Assembly (NCBI RefSeq): GCF_032062105.1
Contig: NW_026937790.1
Location: forward strand, 1-64,000
DNA: 64,000 bases
Reading direction: 5' to 3'
DNA from: Saccostrea cucullata
Lineage: Eukaryota
The notes beneath the pieces are model-generated. The model was not told where the DNA came from. It saw nothing but the letters and a program-made list of their open reading frames with translations, and did not search any database. The first letter of the stretch is position 1. Each line of letters opens with the position of its first letter. The translations under genes and the position numbers were made by a program. Below, piece by piece: positions 39,983-53,269 of this stretch.

Positions 39983-41260
39983 TTCTTCTTCCTATCAAGT
40001 GCAAAACCATTTAAGTATTATCACTCTTTGCGTGAAGGTGTGAGTGTCTATATACAGTGCTCACAAAATTAAAAGTTTAAAAGAGTAAAAGCGCAGAGAA
40101 GTGACATCTAGTGGCTGGTCTTGAAGCTGTCCAGGGTCTAAGCCTCCACCATTCCCCCTGCTAAGGAATTCCACAGGCGGATGGCTTGAGGGAAGGAGGA
40201 GGTTTTTTACACTTTTGTCCTTGTGTGTGGTACCAGGAATCGCAGGGTGTAGCCTCGGGTCCTCGACGATTCTGGGTGTAAGTAGCTCTCAGCCAGGATG
40301 TCCACAAGATGATAACATATCCTATACACCATGATAACTTTGGCCCTTTCCCGACGGATCTGAAGTGACTGCCATTGGAGTTGCTGTAGCATGGATGTTA
40401 CACTGCTTGTGCGCTGGTATTCTCCAATGGCGAAACCCTTCGTTGGACTGCCTCAATCTTCTTGATATTATCTACCCTAGCTGGGCTCCACACACTGGAG
40501 GCATACTCGATCCTGGGTCGTACCAGTGTGGAATAACACTGTGCCTTGATGTTAGGTGGACACCGGCTGATGTTTCTGCCAAGGAAGGCCAGGGTGAAAT
40601 TGGCCTTCTTAGTAATTTTTTCAGGCCACATGAACAGCATATTCAGCTGACGTCAGAAGGAGCGTTGTATTGGTACATCTGACTTGGCATACCTAGGCAT
40701 CCTACGTGGTACCATTGGTCACAGTTATCACATGCAATAGCACGCTGACCCCATCTGCAGGCCTTGTGACAAATCTGGCATGGGTACTTGGGTGAGCGAG
40801 GGCCAGGGTTAAGCTCACAGTCAGCTGATCTAAGCAGTAGTAGAATGCTTATGTATAGCAAATGGTCGTTCTTGCTGCGCTTCATGAGTGATTAAGCGCC
40901 ATACATGGAGGATTTTGAGATGAAATAATGAGACATAACTGATGTTATGTTAACAGAGGGCTGGGTAACAATTTTATCACTATAAGTAGCTACAAACAAC
41001 CAAGAGAATCGTTGACAAGGTCAGTACGAGTGTCGTGGTTTATATTTTGCAAAACCGGAATTTACCGGTGAACTGTTTTAAGTTTATGTTCAAAAAAAGT
41101 ATTCTTAGAATTTACTGAGTAGATATTCTTATCTGGATTGCTTGGTAGGTTGTTTGAGTCAGGAATCTGTTTCAGAGAGATGTATCTTTTACTAGTTGTT
41201 GGACTTGTCAACAAAAACCTAAAAAATTCATGAGCTCAGTACACCGACACCCGTCACCTC
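39983..41260 (-). mobile_element. Internally deleted APE-type (CR1/L2-group) LINE: 5' UTR + 2A-like/PHD N-terminus joined to ORF2 C-terminus and 3' tail
   Basis: LLLLRSADCELNPGP + PHD (CQIC..CDNC..HVGC..*ICCSC) joined at ~40622 to ITKKANFTLAFLGRNI..YSTLVRPRIEYASSVWSP..IEAVQRR..FPQAIRLWNSL. (GAA)n-like tail. 5' limit approximate. Confidence 0.8.
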
Positions 41261-41287
41261 ACGCATGCGCACCGAGTGAGGATGACG

Positions 41288-42183
41288 ATAGACTCGCTCA
41301 GCAAGTATTACTTCGTACATGTATTTGTGCATTGTCATATAATTATGCGTATTTTGAGACAGTCTGTTTGAGTTAAAATGCCATCTCGAATGCAAAGTAA
41401 TTGAAATAAATTGATGAATGTCGCGGTTTCATCAGATGCAACGTCAGGAATTGCTAATCAACGTTGTATAACGTCAAACGACGTCAATATGAATTTTTAA
41501 CATGCAGTGTTTTAAAATGTTTTTATAGAATTACATGTAATCCAACGGAAGTAATTATTAATAGTTTTTTTTGGACAGAACCTTGGTTAATATACTATTT
41601 TCGATAAAGCAGATCATTAAAACAAACTTAGTTGTATTTTTAATTTTTAGCCGGGTTATTGCTCAAAGAGCAATTGCCGGCTTATGTGATCCTGTTCAAG
41701 GCAGGATGTTAACCCAATAGTTGCCATTTTAAAGTTACGTGCAAAAATATAGCTCTTACTCTCAACCGCTTTTGAGATAATACAAACGCTAAATAAAGCA
41801 AAAAAAATAAAACAAAGTTTTATCTATATAAAATAAACATTTGTAGTAATGAATTTGAAAACTTCATAAGTCAAAGAACATAGTTCATTAGCGTAAGGAT
41901 TTTTGATAATCAATGTTACCGTAGTTCTCTACACATACGAGGTAAAGCAGGAGAGGGAACCAGACTGGCCTGTTTGTTTAAATTCAGCTGCGGTACCAGA
42001 TTAATTCTGACAAAATCGGACCGTGGTATTAGGATTGAAAAACTCACTGTCAGTGTCTTATCATTTACTACTATATTGATAGTTTTAAAATAATTTTTTC
42101 ATCAGAATATAAACGTGATTCATGTAAGAATTCCATTCTACTCTGTAAATGAGCCGGGCTCTCTGTACTTCTGAGTACTTTGA
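41288..42183 (-). mobile_element. Non-autonomous Helitron-like element (copy 2, more complete)
   Basis: A|TC start at 42183. Inverted homolog of 318-854. Ends in hairpin-like ..CTTGCTGAGCGAGTCTA. Confidence 0.6.
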
Positions 42184-42216
42184 TTACATTCATTATTGTA
42201 TTGATTTATTTTACAG

Positions 42217-43195
42217 GTACAGCACTGAACTTACTCAGCACCAATTGTCATGGGCAACAGTTAACCATGGATGCGCTGATTTGAACAACATATTAGGGTT
42301 GATTGACCTGGTGCTCTCACTGCCTGCTACATCAGTGAGGAATGAATGCCTTTTCTCCACTATGAAATTGGTGAGGGGGAAGAGGAGAGGTAGACTGGCC
42401 AATTCTACCCTAGATGACTTGCTACTCATAGCAGTTCAATCACCCCCAATCAGTGATTTTGATCCAGATGATGCCATCTTTCATTGGATGGTATGTACCT
42501 GTATAATTCCAATTTTTAAAGGAAATACTGGACATTCAAACTTAAAAAAAGAACTTTATTACATAAATGGTCTACTGCTTTTAAAAGTGTATTTAAATTT
42601 AATATAAAATAATTATTCCAATCCAAGTTATTGAATTGTTATATTACAATGTTTTCAGAGCACACCGGGTTCTAGACGCTTTAATTATACTAGACAGAAG
42701 AAGGATACCAAAGTGAGGGAAAGATCTGAATCAGTGGTCATTGTGGATGAAATATTTACTGTGGCTACAACTGAAAATGTGGATGAGGTTCCAGTCAACA
42801 GCATTGAATCAACAGATGAGATCAATGATGAAACTGGACTTGACAATGTCCCATTCAGGGATGAAGATGAAGACTCAGATGGAGATATTGAAGAATCGGA
42901 TGAATCTGATAATGAGCAATCAATTTATGAAAACACTTCTTTGATAACCAAATACAGGGAGATGGAAATGGAATTAGAATATGATCTATAGTATAATGAA
43001 TGAATTATTGAATGAAATGAAAGTGTGTGAAATGAAAAAAATTACTTGAAAGAAAAAAGTGTGTGAAATGAATTTAAACAGTGTAGAAAATTCATTGGTT
43101 TATGTATGTCTAGTAAAATTTTCTTTGGGCTAGTAAAATTCTTGGCTTTACTAGCCCTACTGGCTAGTGGCCTCAAAAAGTTTTCGTGAAGACTG
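42217..43195 (+). pseudogene. 3' remnant of a hAT (ZNF862-like) transposon
   Basis: Exon 42217-42490 LIDLVLSLPATSVRNECLFSTMKLVR..RGRLANSTLDDLLLI (hAT dimerisation-like). Acidic last exon ~42659-42991, CTAGT-type subterminal repeats and terminal ..GAAGACTG (rc CAGTCTTC). Confidence 0.7.
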
Positions 43196-44052
43196 CAATG
43201 GCAATATGTAATAAAGATTCTGTGAAAGTTTCATTAAATTTCACTCAGTAGTATAAGAGGAGTTGCGGATAAGAGAAAAAGCGTAACAGACGGATAGCCG
43301 GAAGGACGGAAATCCCGATTACTATATACCCTCCCACTACTAGTCACTTACTGTCATGTTCACAAAACACAGTCACAGAGTTTAAATAGGGATACAAAGC
43401 TTCTCCAACACAAGCAAAATTAACAAGCACTATAATTCATTCACATAAGTTATGGTCACAAAACACAGAGTTCAAAACGGGCTGTACAGGCGTCCAAGCT
43501 TCTTCCAAGATGTGGAGATGTCCCCCATGGCATAGGTGCTCCACAGCTGGAAAATCCTGGCCTGAACCTAATATGAAAAATAAGACAGGTAAGATCCTTC
43601 ATCAAGTAATAAAATAATTCAAAAGTTATACAGACAATTAGGTAAGATTCTTCATCAACTAATAAAATAATAAAAATGAAAGTTGCATAAAAATAAATTT
43701 TACACTCTATTTGAGTACTTTAATTGTTCATTCTTATAATAAATATCAATTTTTAATTGAAATTCATGTTACCTTTCTGGTGGACTTCCTCTGCAGCCTC
43801 TGCAGTTTCCCCTTACTGACCAGACGTCTCTGCAGTGGGATGAGGTTGGCTTCCTCCTTCAGGTCTAGGGGGACGTACAATGGAAGGTTGTTTGAGCCTT
43901 GGGCCCTCTGCAGATTCATCCACGTGTGCCAGCCTTCAACCTGAAAAAGTGAGTTTCAAATTATTATAACCACAGTATATATTTATATATTTTCAGTACA
44001 TTGTATCGAAGTTAAGTAAATTTTACAATATTAACTAGTAAAAAAGGTTTAA

Positions 44053-47000
44053 AGACGATTTCTATAATTTTTTTTCCGAATTTATTATTTTTCTTTTTTA
44101 CATATTTCCTTCCTTAGAGTATGCTTTATGCAAATATAAAAAGAAAAGGTATGGTTATCAGATTAGTTTTTTTGTTGTGAAGAATTTTTAAAACTGACCG
44201 TTAATCAATTATTGAGTGAAATTCTGACCATTTTTCAATTACACACTATCTTAAAAATATACTACTTTTTATATATTTATCAGAGTTCTAACTTTTTCAT
44301 TTTATCATACAAGTCAGTATACACTACAAACAAGATGTTGAATTCAGATATTGATTGAATATAAGAAAAAACACAAACAGAATATCATTTTTCAAATTAT
44401 CATTTATCTAACCAAATGTACATTGTTTTCGCATAATTTATACAATTTACGCATTAAAAAGTCAATAAAAAAAGTTTGACGAATTTATTTTTTTTTAAAT
44501 TCATACATATTGTACATTTAAGTATACTGATAATAATGATATAAAGAAAAATGGGGGTCATCATATTCATTTAGTAAATAAAACAACATTTGCTAGCACG
44601 ATGTTAGACGTTTTTCAATGTCAGAGGTTGTAAAATATGCATCAACATAAGAAAAACATACATTTTTTCTTAGATTTTGATTTCAATTACAAAAAAACCC
44701 CAATGCAACATATTACATCTGAAATTCCTCTTTAAGGGGTCCTGACCCTCTCCTCTAAATTTCACTATGGAAATTTTAAATTTCTAATATTGATTTTCAT
44801 GAACACAACAATGACTTTAAAACCAAATACAAAACCTTATACAACGTGGTATAATGCAGGTTACATACAGGGTTTTGTTTTTCTTATTTACAAATTTACA
44901 TTAGATCTATGATGAATTTGTGAAAAATTTAAAAAAGAAGTTATCCTTCTTAGCAGAGGGATAATGTCCCTTAAATGCTGAAATTAAAAAACTACAGAAA
45001 TATTATTTACTTTTCTAATTGGTATGGCCATATATACATTCAAATGTTTACAGCTATACAGAGCTTGTAAAACTAAGATGCAAAAAAACTATACATGTAC
45101 AAATACAGCCAATTAAACGTCTAATGTCTATTGTTACATTCAGCTAAAATTTGTTTTGCCTTACTGTTTGTCTTCAAAATACTTATTTACTTTTTCAAGT
45201 AAACATTTTTTTGATGTTACTCGAGGTTTCCCATCGAATTTTTCAGACAAGAGTGTTTTTAAACCACCTCTGGTGTGAGCAAGTTTTAGATGACCTAAGT
45301 TTAATCCACTTTCAGCAATCTTTTTACACATTTGCTTTGAAAGTATCTTATCATTGCATAAAACTAACAAGGTGTTTAAGTTTTTATCTACAATTTTGTC
45401 AAAAAGGTACTTCTCAACCAAGGTATGCATACTTGAACTGTGGCGTACAAGAACTTCAGTGCACGGTTTTACATGTTGAACAAGTTTTTGAAGAACAAGA
45501 ACATCATCCTCAGCATTGTGAGCTGCATAGTTTTCATTTAAAAAATATGTAACAAGAAACTCTTGTGAATATTTTTCCAGACCAGGATAAACTTCTCTAA
45601 ACAGAAGTAGTGTGTCTACTACACCTAATACAACTGGTTCTAAAGCATGAAGAAAATGACAAATTTCAAAATTTCGTAAGACCCTAGGTAAATCAAACCT
45701 CAAGAAATTATGTCCTACAAAAATACAAGGCTTTTGATCATCTAACCATGCCAGAAATGATGCCAATGCAAGTTGCAATGAAACGGATGTTACAGGAGTA
45801 CCATTCAAATGCAAAACATTTCCATGAACAGTCAGTCCAGTGACTTGAGAAGCTGCTGTTGAAATTCGTTGACTAGGTAAGATGTATTTCGAAAACTTGC
45901 CATTTTCTGAAACAGCCGCAATCTGAATGATATCACACATTTTATTAAGAGATGTTGTTTCGATGTCACAATACACAAAGGTATATTTCTTTGGTAATAT
46001 ACATGGAGTGACAGTTGGTACAATGCTTGGAGCAGGTATTTCTTTGACAAACTCGCCGTCAGATTGTGTCAAATCAACAGATGACTGATAAGTTACTCCT
46101 TCCCGAATTTGAGAAGCGGAATTCATGGTACTGTTTTTTAATTTTCTTTCAAGTTTTCTTTTTTTGAATTCTCTTGTATTTTCATACGCGAGTCTGCGTT
46201 TGCGCGTTTTGTCTTTTTTTTCTGCAAGTTTTTGAAAAACTCGTCCAGGCGAAACACCCACCAGTTCGTTAACTTTGTTGACGTATGTTGAGCCCATGTT
46301 TTTCTCTGCTACTGCACAACTAACTCTATTTTGCAAACTAGATGATGAAGAATAGTGCAGTCTTTTGGGGGCTTTTGCAGCAATTGAATTATTGAATGAT
46401 TCAACATCTCTAGTAGATGCAGCAGGGGAAATCTTGTGAGCATTATTGATAAATGTTTCAAATATAATGTTCAGGTCATTTTTTAATTCATCACCCTGTA
46501 GATCTTTTCCAGATGGAAGGGACTTGTGGCGGAACTCTTCAGGATTAGTTTTATAAGTACACCATTTTGAGTCACACTGGTCATGCTCTCCAAAAGCATG
46601 TGGCACTATTTGCTTTAGGTTTTTCTTTAATGCTTCTGTATCATTTTTATTTTGTACAATAGCGTAAGAGAAGCATTTTTGAAAATACTTGACACAATTG
46701 TTGTTGAAATTCTTGTGTTTCTTTTGTAGTTGGTATAAACTGTTACCAAGATGCTTTTTAGTGTGACTAATGTCACTCCATTTGATCACCGGATGAGGAA
46801 TTTCTTCATTGATTCGTGCCATTGTTGTGCAGTCGTCATCCATAACTAACACTGATACTTCAACATTTTCTTTTTCAATTTTGTTCACTAATTCAACTGC
46901 AACGTTACTCTCCATTGCTTTTGACGAGCCCTCCCAATTTTTACAGCACTTATGTTCTGGAGGAGTTTTCCCCATATTTGTATGAAAGGAACATTTGCGA

Positions 47001-49555
47001 CAATCCTTTGATCGAACACCAAAGCCACATATTTTCCCGGACTTGTTGCCGATTAATGTTCCCACTCCAGATTTACTGTTATAGGCCCTTCCTGACCCAC
47101 GCTTCTGCCATCCCATGTCGTACTTAAACTCCCCAGAGCTGCGAGCCTGCTGACCGTCATTGGATTCATTTACACTGGAAACAAGAAAACTCATTTTAAG
47201 ACTCGTAAGAAATAATGTATACCGGTATATATTTTATAGCAAAAGTATAAGAGTGAGTCATCAATTATTCATAACAGCACTTCCTTTTTTTTTATAAATT
47301 GTGCTTATCCTAGCTCACTTTAGCATGTAATCAAATCTGGCCTAAGGGTTATATATAAACCAGCCCCAATTTGGACCTATCAGTGTGAAGTTGATCTTTG
47401 ACCTACAGAACTTGAAACAGTATGGAAACCTGTCATTTCAGTGTGTTATAGAGGATGGAGATGATGGACACTTTGGCATAACATGATCTTTTGGGTATAT
47501 AAAAACCATATAGCATGTACCTTCTTGCTGATACATTGCCCTGTATTTCCTCCAATAAGGCCTCACTGCATGACTGCTGGGCAACAGATTGGATATGTGG
47601 CTCCACTTCACACTCACGGGCTTTCATAGTTCTATGGTGCATACCCTCTATCTCTATGGAAGACATAAAGTTGGTGACCTGTGTGTGCCCGGATCCACTA
47701 TGAAGCATACCTGTATAATAATTTAAGGTCACTTTATATATATCTAATCGTATGTCAGTCTAATAACAAAACATATGAAGAATGTTAAAAAATCAAAAAC
47801 AACAAATTACTGGTAGAAATTATGGCTGATAATGATATAAAGGAATATTAAAGTTTTCTTATGATAGGAAAGCAATTACATATTTTCAAATCAAACAATT
47901 AAATTCAATATAGCTTTTAAATAATTGTTTCTATCAAAGCTACATTTTTAAAAGTGATAAAAGAGTCATTATTCTAATCTAGTAGGCAAGCTGTTAGAAA
48001 TATATCAATGAAATATAGGTTTTACATGTAGCACAGAAGGAGTGCAAAGGGTTACAAAATTGTTAGTACCAAGCACCACAAAAGGAGGGTATAAAGCGTG
48101 ACATTCTTGTCTAAGTAGCTATTACCCAGTATACCGGTAATTTTACAACAGATAGATGTATGGTTAGCACTACTATAAATAGTGGTAGAACTACTACAAG
48201 CTTACGGTTTTACTTACTTCAGCTGCAATAAGGTACATACAAGAAAAAGGTAAAACAGAATAATAAATAAACGAGTAAATTCTTCTTAGCAAGATAAAGT
48301 TTGCCCATATTTTCAGTTGCTAATCATGACAGTGCCCCACCCTCTACTATAATGATCAATTGTTGCTAAATGTCTGTCAATCAACGTATTCAATTTTATC
48401 ACATAAAATTTTTATTGTTATTTTTATATTTAAATATTGACTATAATGGTATATAAACTATCAATACCTAAAGCTGCCTTTGTGTTTATGTCAAACACAG
48501 CAGGTCCGCGTTTATTAACTCTGTGTGACTTGCCAGTTGTTACTTCATTCAGAACACCGCACTCACAGGTAATAGTCAGGTTTGAAGCAAACCCTTGACG
48601 CCTTTCATTTACGATGTTATTTAAAGTCAGTGTGTGCCCACAATCCCAACAGTTCATTTGTTTCGCCATATGATCCAACTCAACGATTCGCCTCCCTTTT
48701 CTCCATGATTCATCATTCGATTCACATGTGTGCCCTTCTGTTTGTGCAACATTTTGAGTCCTGAAAGTAAACAACAACCTAGTCTTAGTAATAAAATTTA
48801 TAAATTTATAAATCAATATTTGTATAAATACCCAAGTTGTGTTTTGTTTACTGCTGAATATCAAAAACATAAGCTTTATATTTAGTCTGCAAGTTCGACC
48901 CAGATGCAAATTTTGAACCAGGTCTGCGAATTACTGTGATTAGTAATCTAATTCACATACTGTCAAATGTCAATAGCTACTCAATAGCCTCATTTTGTAA
49001 GACAAAAGATCAAATGCATCACTGTTGCTGATAAAAACGCTGATAAAGTAATCGATATGAAAGGACAAAAAATGTGTAATTATTATATCAATGTATACTT
49101 ACACAGTAGCCTCACGTATCTTCATCATGTTTAATCTTCTATTCATTGTACCCTTTTTCACAAATCTCCCCCCAACTCGATCGCGATCAGTCATTTTCAA
49201 CATGTTTCGACCGCTTGACAGACGATGTCAGATCTCTACGGCGCCATCTTTGTGTGTCCTGGTAAAATGAGGCACCTTTTTACAACCGGGCACATTTTAT
49301 TTTTTTTCAAATTTCTTACAAAATACCTATATAATTGAACTGAAATTTTCAGATAAATTAAAATTTTATTATCTTATTCTTTTTTTATAAAAACAAAGAA
49401 AATGATATGCCTTTCATAAATTATAATTGTCCTTTGGCCCGGCCAGCATTTGCCACCTGATTTTACCAACATTCCTTCCCATTTTACCAGACTCCTTCGA
49501 TTGAAGAGCTTGGATTGCGCAGAAAGATGCGCACAAAAAAATCCCGCAAACGTCT
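44053..49555 (-). mobile_element. Kolobok-like DNA transposon
   Basis: TTAA|AGACG ... CGTCT|TTAA (44049-52, 49556-59) bracket a transposase gene inside a MULE intron. TIR is very short, so the ends are moderately certain. Confidence 0.65.
45161..49194 (-). CDS. DDE transposase (Mutator-like/Kolobok type) fused to a DEDDh 3'-5' exonuclease with PML-C-like tail (~862 aa, 4 exons)
   Basis: Exons 49103-49194, 48468-48760, 47521-47710, 45161-47174 join in frame (2589 nt). CxxC..CxC finger; KYDMGWQKRG, HKCCKNWEGSSKAME, VMDDDCTT, DVESFN; exonuclease CDIETT, GHNFLRFD, DTL, HNAEDD. Confidence 0.85.
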
Positions 49556-52500
49556 TTAATATAACTGGAATATTTGAAAATTTATGATATATCTAAACTT
49601 CATTAAAATATTACCTTATTGTTTGTCCGGATTGACTGGACAAAGGTGCACCAGGATGACACAGGCCAGGTGCGGTTGATTATCCATATCCGATGGACAT
49701 AGTCGACAACATCCCTCAAGGGTCCTCCCCCCAGGAGTTGCTGATCCTCTGGAAGGCTAGAAAGATGTGTTCCTCAGGGATGAGAGAGAGAGAGAGCCAT
49801 CAACTTCTGCACACACTTGTTGACGTCATCTCTCTCTCTGTATGCGACCTGTATAAAATAAATGCAAATTCAATGATTTGAAATTGAAATTTTATACATT
49901 CTTTTTAAATAACCTATCTTTATTTTTTTTAATATTTTTAAACACTTTTTAGTTGTATCAATATTTTTTTCACACCTTACCTGTGGCCCATTCTCCTGAA
50001 CCTTGGTATAGACTGCCTTGGACCAGTGGAACACACACCCATGGATCCTGGCCTGGGAGAAGACCTCCTGCCACGCTAAAAGTCAGCCGTAAACAATGTC
50101 ATTGCAAGGGAATGGGGGGGGGGGGTGGGGGGTTGGAAGGATATTCACAAAGCACTGGAATACCTGAAATAAATAAATGACATTAAAAGTGTGTCTTAAA
50201 CGTCATTAAAAAGTATAAGAATCTTATCTTAAGAATTTTTAAATAATAAAGGATATTTATTTGATTGTTAAATTGTACAAAAAAAAAACAATGGGACGAA
50301 TTGTGAAAAATACCTTTCCGAAGTCCTTCCCATGTTTTCCTGACATCAGAGCAAAAGCAAGTGGCACCTGCTTCAGGGCATCCCCCTCTGGATGTACCGG
50401 TAGGCATGGATGGAGAACAGCTGCATAAAGGGCTTTCTCACTAGCGTGCCATCCAAGAATCACTGTTTCGTTGAGGCGAGGACCTCCAGTTGCTGGTCGG
50501 TGGCAAAGATGACGTGCCTCCGGTCCTTCACTCGGATGTCCGCCCTGAAAGAACTCGGTTCGATGAAGTCCTCGACGAATTACAAAATGAAAGATTTAAA
50601 ATTATTCATTTTACAGATTCTTTAAAATGTTTTTAAATACTTTTATAAAAACGTTAAAATGTATGTAAAATGTATTAAATTTTCTTGTCTTCAAAAAGTT
50701 TTTATGAAAATTCACATGTACGTTACCATTAAACTGTATTTAAAATGTTCTAAAGTATTTGCTAAATTAATAATTAATTTATTGACTTGTATTTTTCATT
50801 ATACTATTTCCTGTGTAAGAAAAAATGCTTAAATAATGAAAATTTAGACGCCACCGAGTAGCACGGCAGTGTGAGATGTACGTCTACACCCCTAGGACCT
50901 CTACAGCGAAATACATTTAACCGTTAAGAGATCTCCCCCTTGTAGGCCCCTATAGGGATTGTAGGGGATAGCGTCGATGAACGGGTAGTAGCCGAAATAT
51001 TGTGTATCTCCCTCCACATGTACTCCAGAAGGATGGTCATAGTTAGCAACTGTTATCCTTGACGAACAATTTCTAACCTGAATATTAAGTTATTAAACCA
51101 GTGAAACGTTAATATTGTTTATGTCACTGTTAATAGCAAAACTGTAAGCTAATATGAAAACATACCTGTACCATGTTTCTTGTTACAATTATAAGAGCTC
51201 GCCTTGGATGAAGACCATGCACTCGGGGCGATGCTCGGGGCAGAGTGTCGGGATCACCGAGTACATGTACACTTCTCTTATCTTCTCTCTCTGTCGGATG
51301 CATTACATAGACTCTGTCTGAGGAACAGCTACTAAGAGAAGATCTCAGTTGCGGAAAAGGGGAAAGGGTTGCTGACAAGGACCGAATCCGCATCAGCGGC
51401 TTCACAGGCTTCTCGGGGGAAAAAAAGGGGACCATCTCCAACTCCAACAAGGTATCCCCCCTGCAACCCCACAATTCCACCTCAAGCTCCAACACTCCCG
51501 TCTGCACCGCCTGAAGCTCATCGTTCACCAGTAGAAGCAAAACTTCCTCATGTATGTCATCTGTAGTAGCCGAAATATTGTGTACCTCCCTCCACATATA
51601 CTCAAGAAGGATGGTCATATTCATAGACGATTCGGCATCCCCCATCTCTTATGAACAACTGCATCTTACGTCCGGCACTACTCGGGCTTTTGAAGTCTTC
51701 CATACTGAGTAGTGGTACATTGCTGGTCAGAGTTCGCTCGCCATATCAGGTTGGGGCCAATGTCTGCTCATTGTGGATTAAGTAAAGCTATATCTTAATG
51801 CACTGATTTAATTGCAGGTTTTCAGGGGTATCTTGAAGAAACATGGCCGAGTTTGCAAATAAATTACTTTTTAAATAAACTGAAATACTCCTACATCAGA
51901 AGTGAGAAGAATATCCGACATATTTAGATGCTGACTTCAACTTTATGGCGTCGAGCCCGATGCTAGAAGAACCAAAAGTCTCTGTCGAGACTGTACCTCT
52001 ATTGGTTAATACTTATAATAAAGTAAGAGAAAAGTTGGGACTTAAAACTTTGAACGGAAAAATTTCACTCAAACAAACATAAATAATTTATAAAATAAAA
52101 AATAACACGTATATAGATACAGAGGCGCTGTCGTGAGTGCAGTTTAATTACACACAATAACACAAAATAATACAACTTTACTTCTCCGCAACTCTTAAAT
52201 CTACAAAACAAAAACGTATAATTAACCAGAAGTTTCTGTCGAGACTGTAGCTCTACTGGTTTATACTTATAACAAAGGATGGGAAAAGAAGCCATTGCCA
52301 TCAGACCAAAACTCTAGAAGGAGTAGCGTTTTAAAGGAATTTAACAGACATTTCTATTTTTAGTAGCAATGGCAACACTGTTCATCGAAATCAAAAACGG
52401 ATGCATTATTTTATGTATCTTAGTGCAGTCTACTTGTGTGCCATGTAATACCGAAATCAGACCAAAACTGTAGGAGGAGTAGCATTTAAATGGAATTTCA

Positions 52501-52730
52501 AAGAAAATTCTATTTTTAGTAACCATGGCAACACCGTTCATCGAAATCAAAAACCGATGCACTATTTTATGTATCGTAGTGTAGTCTACTTGTGTGCCCA
52601 GTAATATTGAAATCAGATCAAAACTGTAGGAGGAGTAGCGTTTTAAAGGAATTTCAAAGGAAATTCTATTTTTAGTATCTATGGCAACACCGTTCATCGA
52701 AATCAATAACCGATGCACTATTTTATGTAT

Positions 52731-52954
52731 TAAAGTAAACCCCAAAGTAATGTGACAACGGTTTATTAACACTTATAATACAATAAACAACTGTATGTCG
52801 AGTGGGTCCTGGCCGGGGGGAAAGACTCACCAACTTCTAGTTACGTCTTCTCTCTTGGCCATCGTCAGGGAGAAAGAGGCCCGTGCGACTGTCCCGCCAT
52901 CTGACGTCACCTTGTCAGTAGGTCGTACCACGGGACAGTCGCACAGATACTACA
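52731..52954 (-). repeat. 3' LTR
   Basis: Direct repeat of 62617-62838 (4 substitutions + one 2-bp indel by eye). Confidence 0.95.
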
Positions 52955-52970
52955 CTCCCCCCCGTTTTCT
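52955..52970 (-). promoter_or_regulatory. Polypurine tract
   Basis: AGAAAACGGGGGGGAG immediately before the 3' LTR on the minus strand. Confidence 0.85.
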
Positions 52971-53269
52971 TTAACAGGCGTAGGTCCTCACTGGGGGGAG
53001 GGTCCGGTACCATCTCCAGCGATGGGGCGCTATTAACGCCCGCCCGGGCAGGCTGCCCAGGAACAATAAGGCCGGGGCAAGCCCCAGATAATGCAAACTC
53101 AGGAAGATTCCTGAGTAAAAGGGGGTCCGGGATTGCTCCCAGTCGCACTAAAAGTCCTAGGTCCGGGATAATTCCCGGATACTAAGAAAACAGAATACAG
53201 GGTGAGTCCAGGTCTCTGACCTGCTCACCACTCCTGCACCACTGCGAGGGTCACCCTCCTAGCCCCAGG

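Larger units (their letters stand above)
43470..50577 (-). pseudogene. Degenerate spliced MULE/Mutator transposase
   Basis: Exon remnants HVIFATDQQLEVL..*FLDGT..LVRKPFMQLFSIHA, KQVPLAFALMSGK, IHGCVFHWSKAV, RTNNK|VEGWH. Stops and frameshifts. The intron between 43942 and 49614 holds the Kolobok-like element. Confidence 0.8.

Noticed and set aside
44053-49555. KolobokP-type composite structure with long terminal direct repeats
   Set aside because: No direct repeat found between the two ends and no His-Me finger ORF seen.
51130-51645. 171-aa minus-strand ORF as a gene
   Set aside because: No motifs or splice structure; reads like the antisense of a Pro-rich decayed frame.
52300-52730. Regularly spaced repeats as a CRISPR array
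   Set aside because: Whole ~156-bp monomers repeat with no unique spacers; eukaryotic HINE/satellite context; no cas genes.
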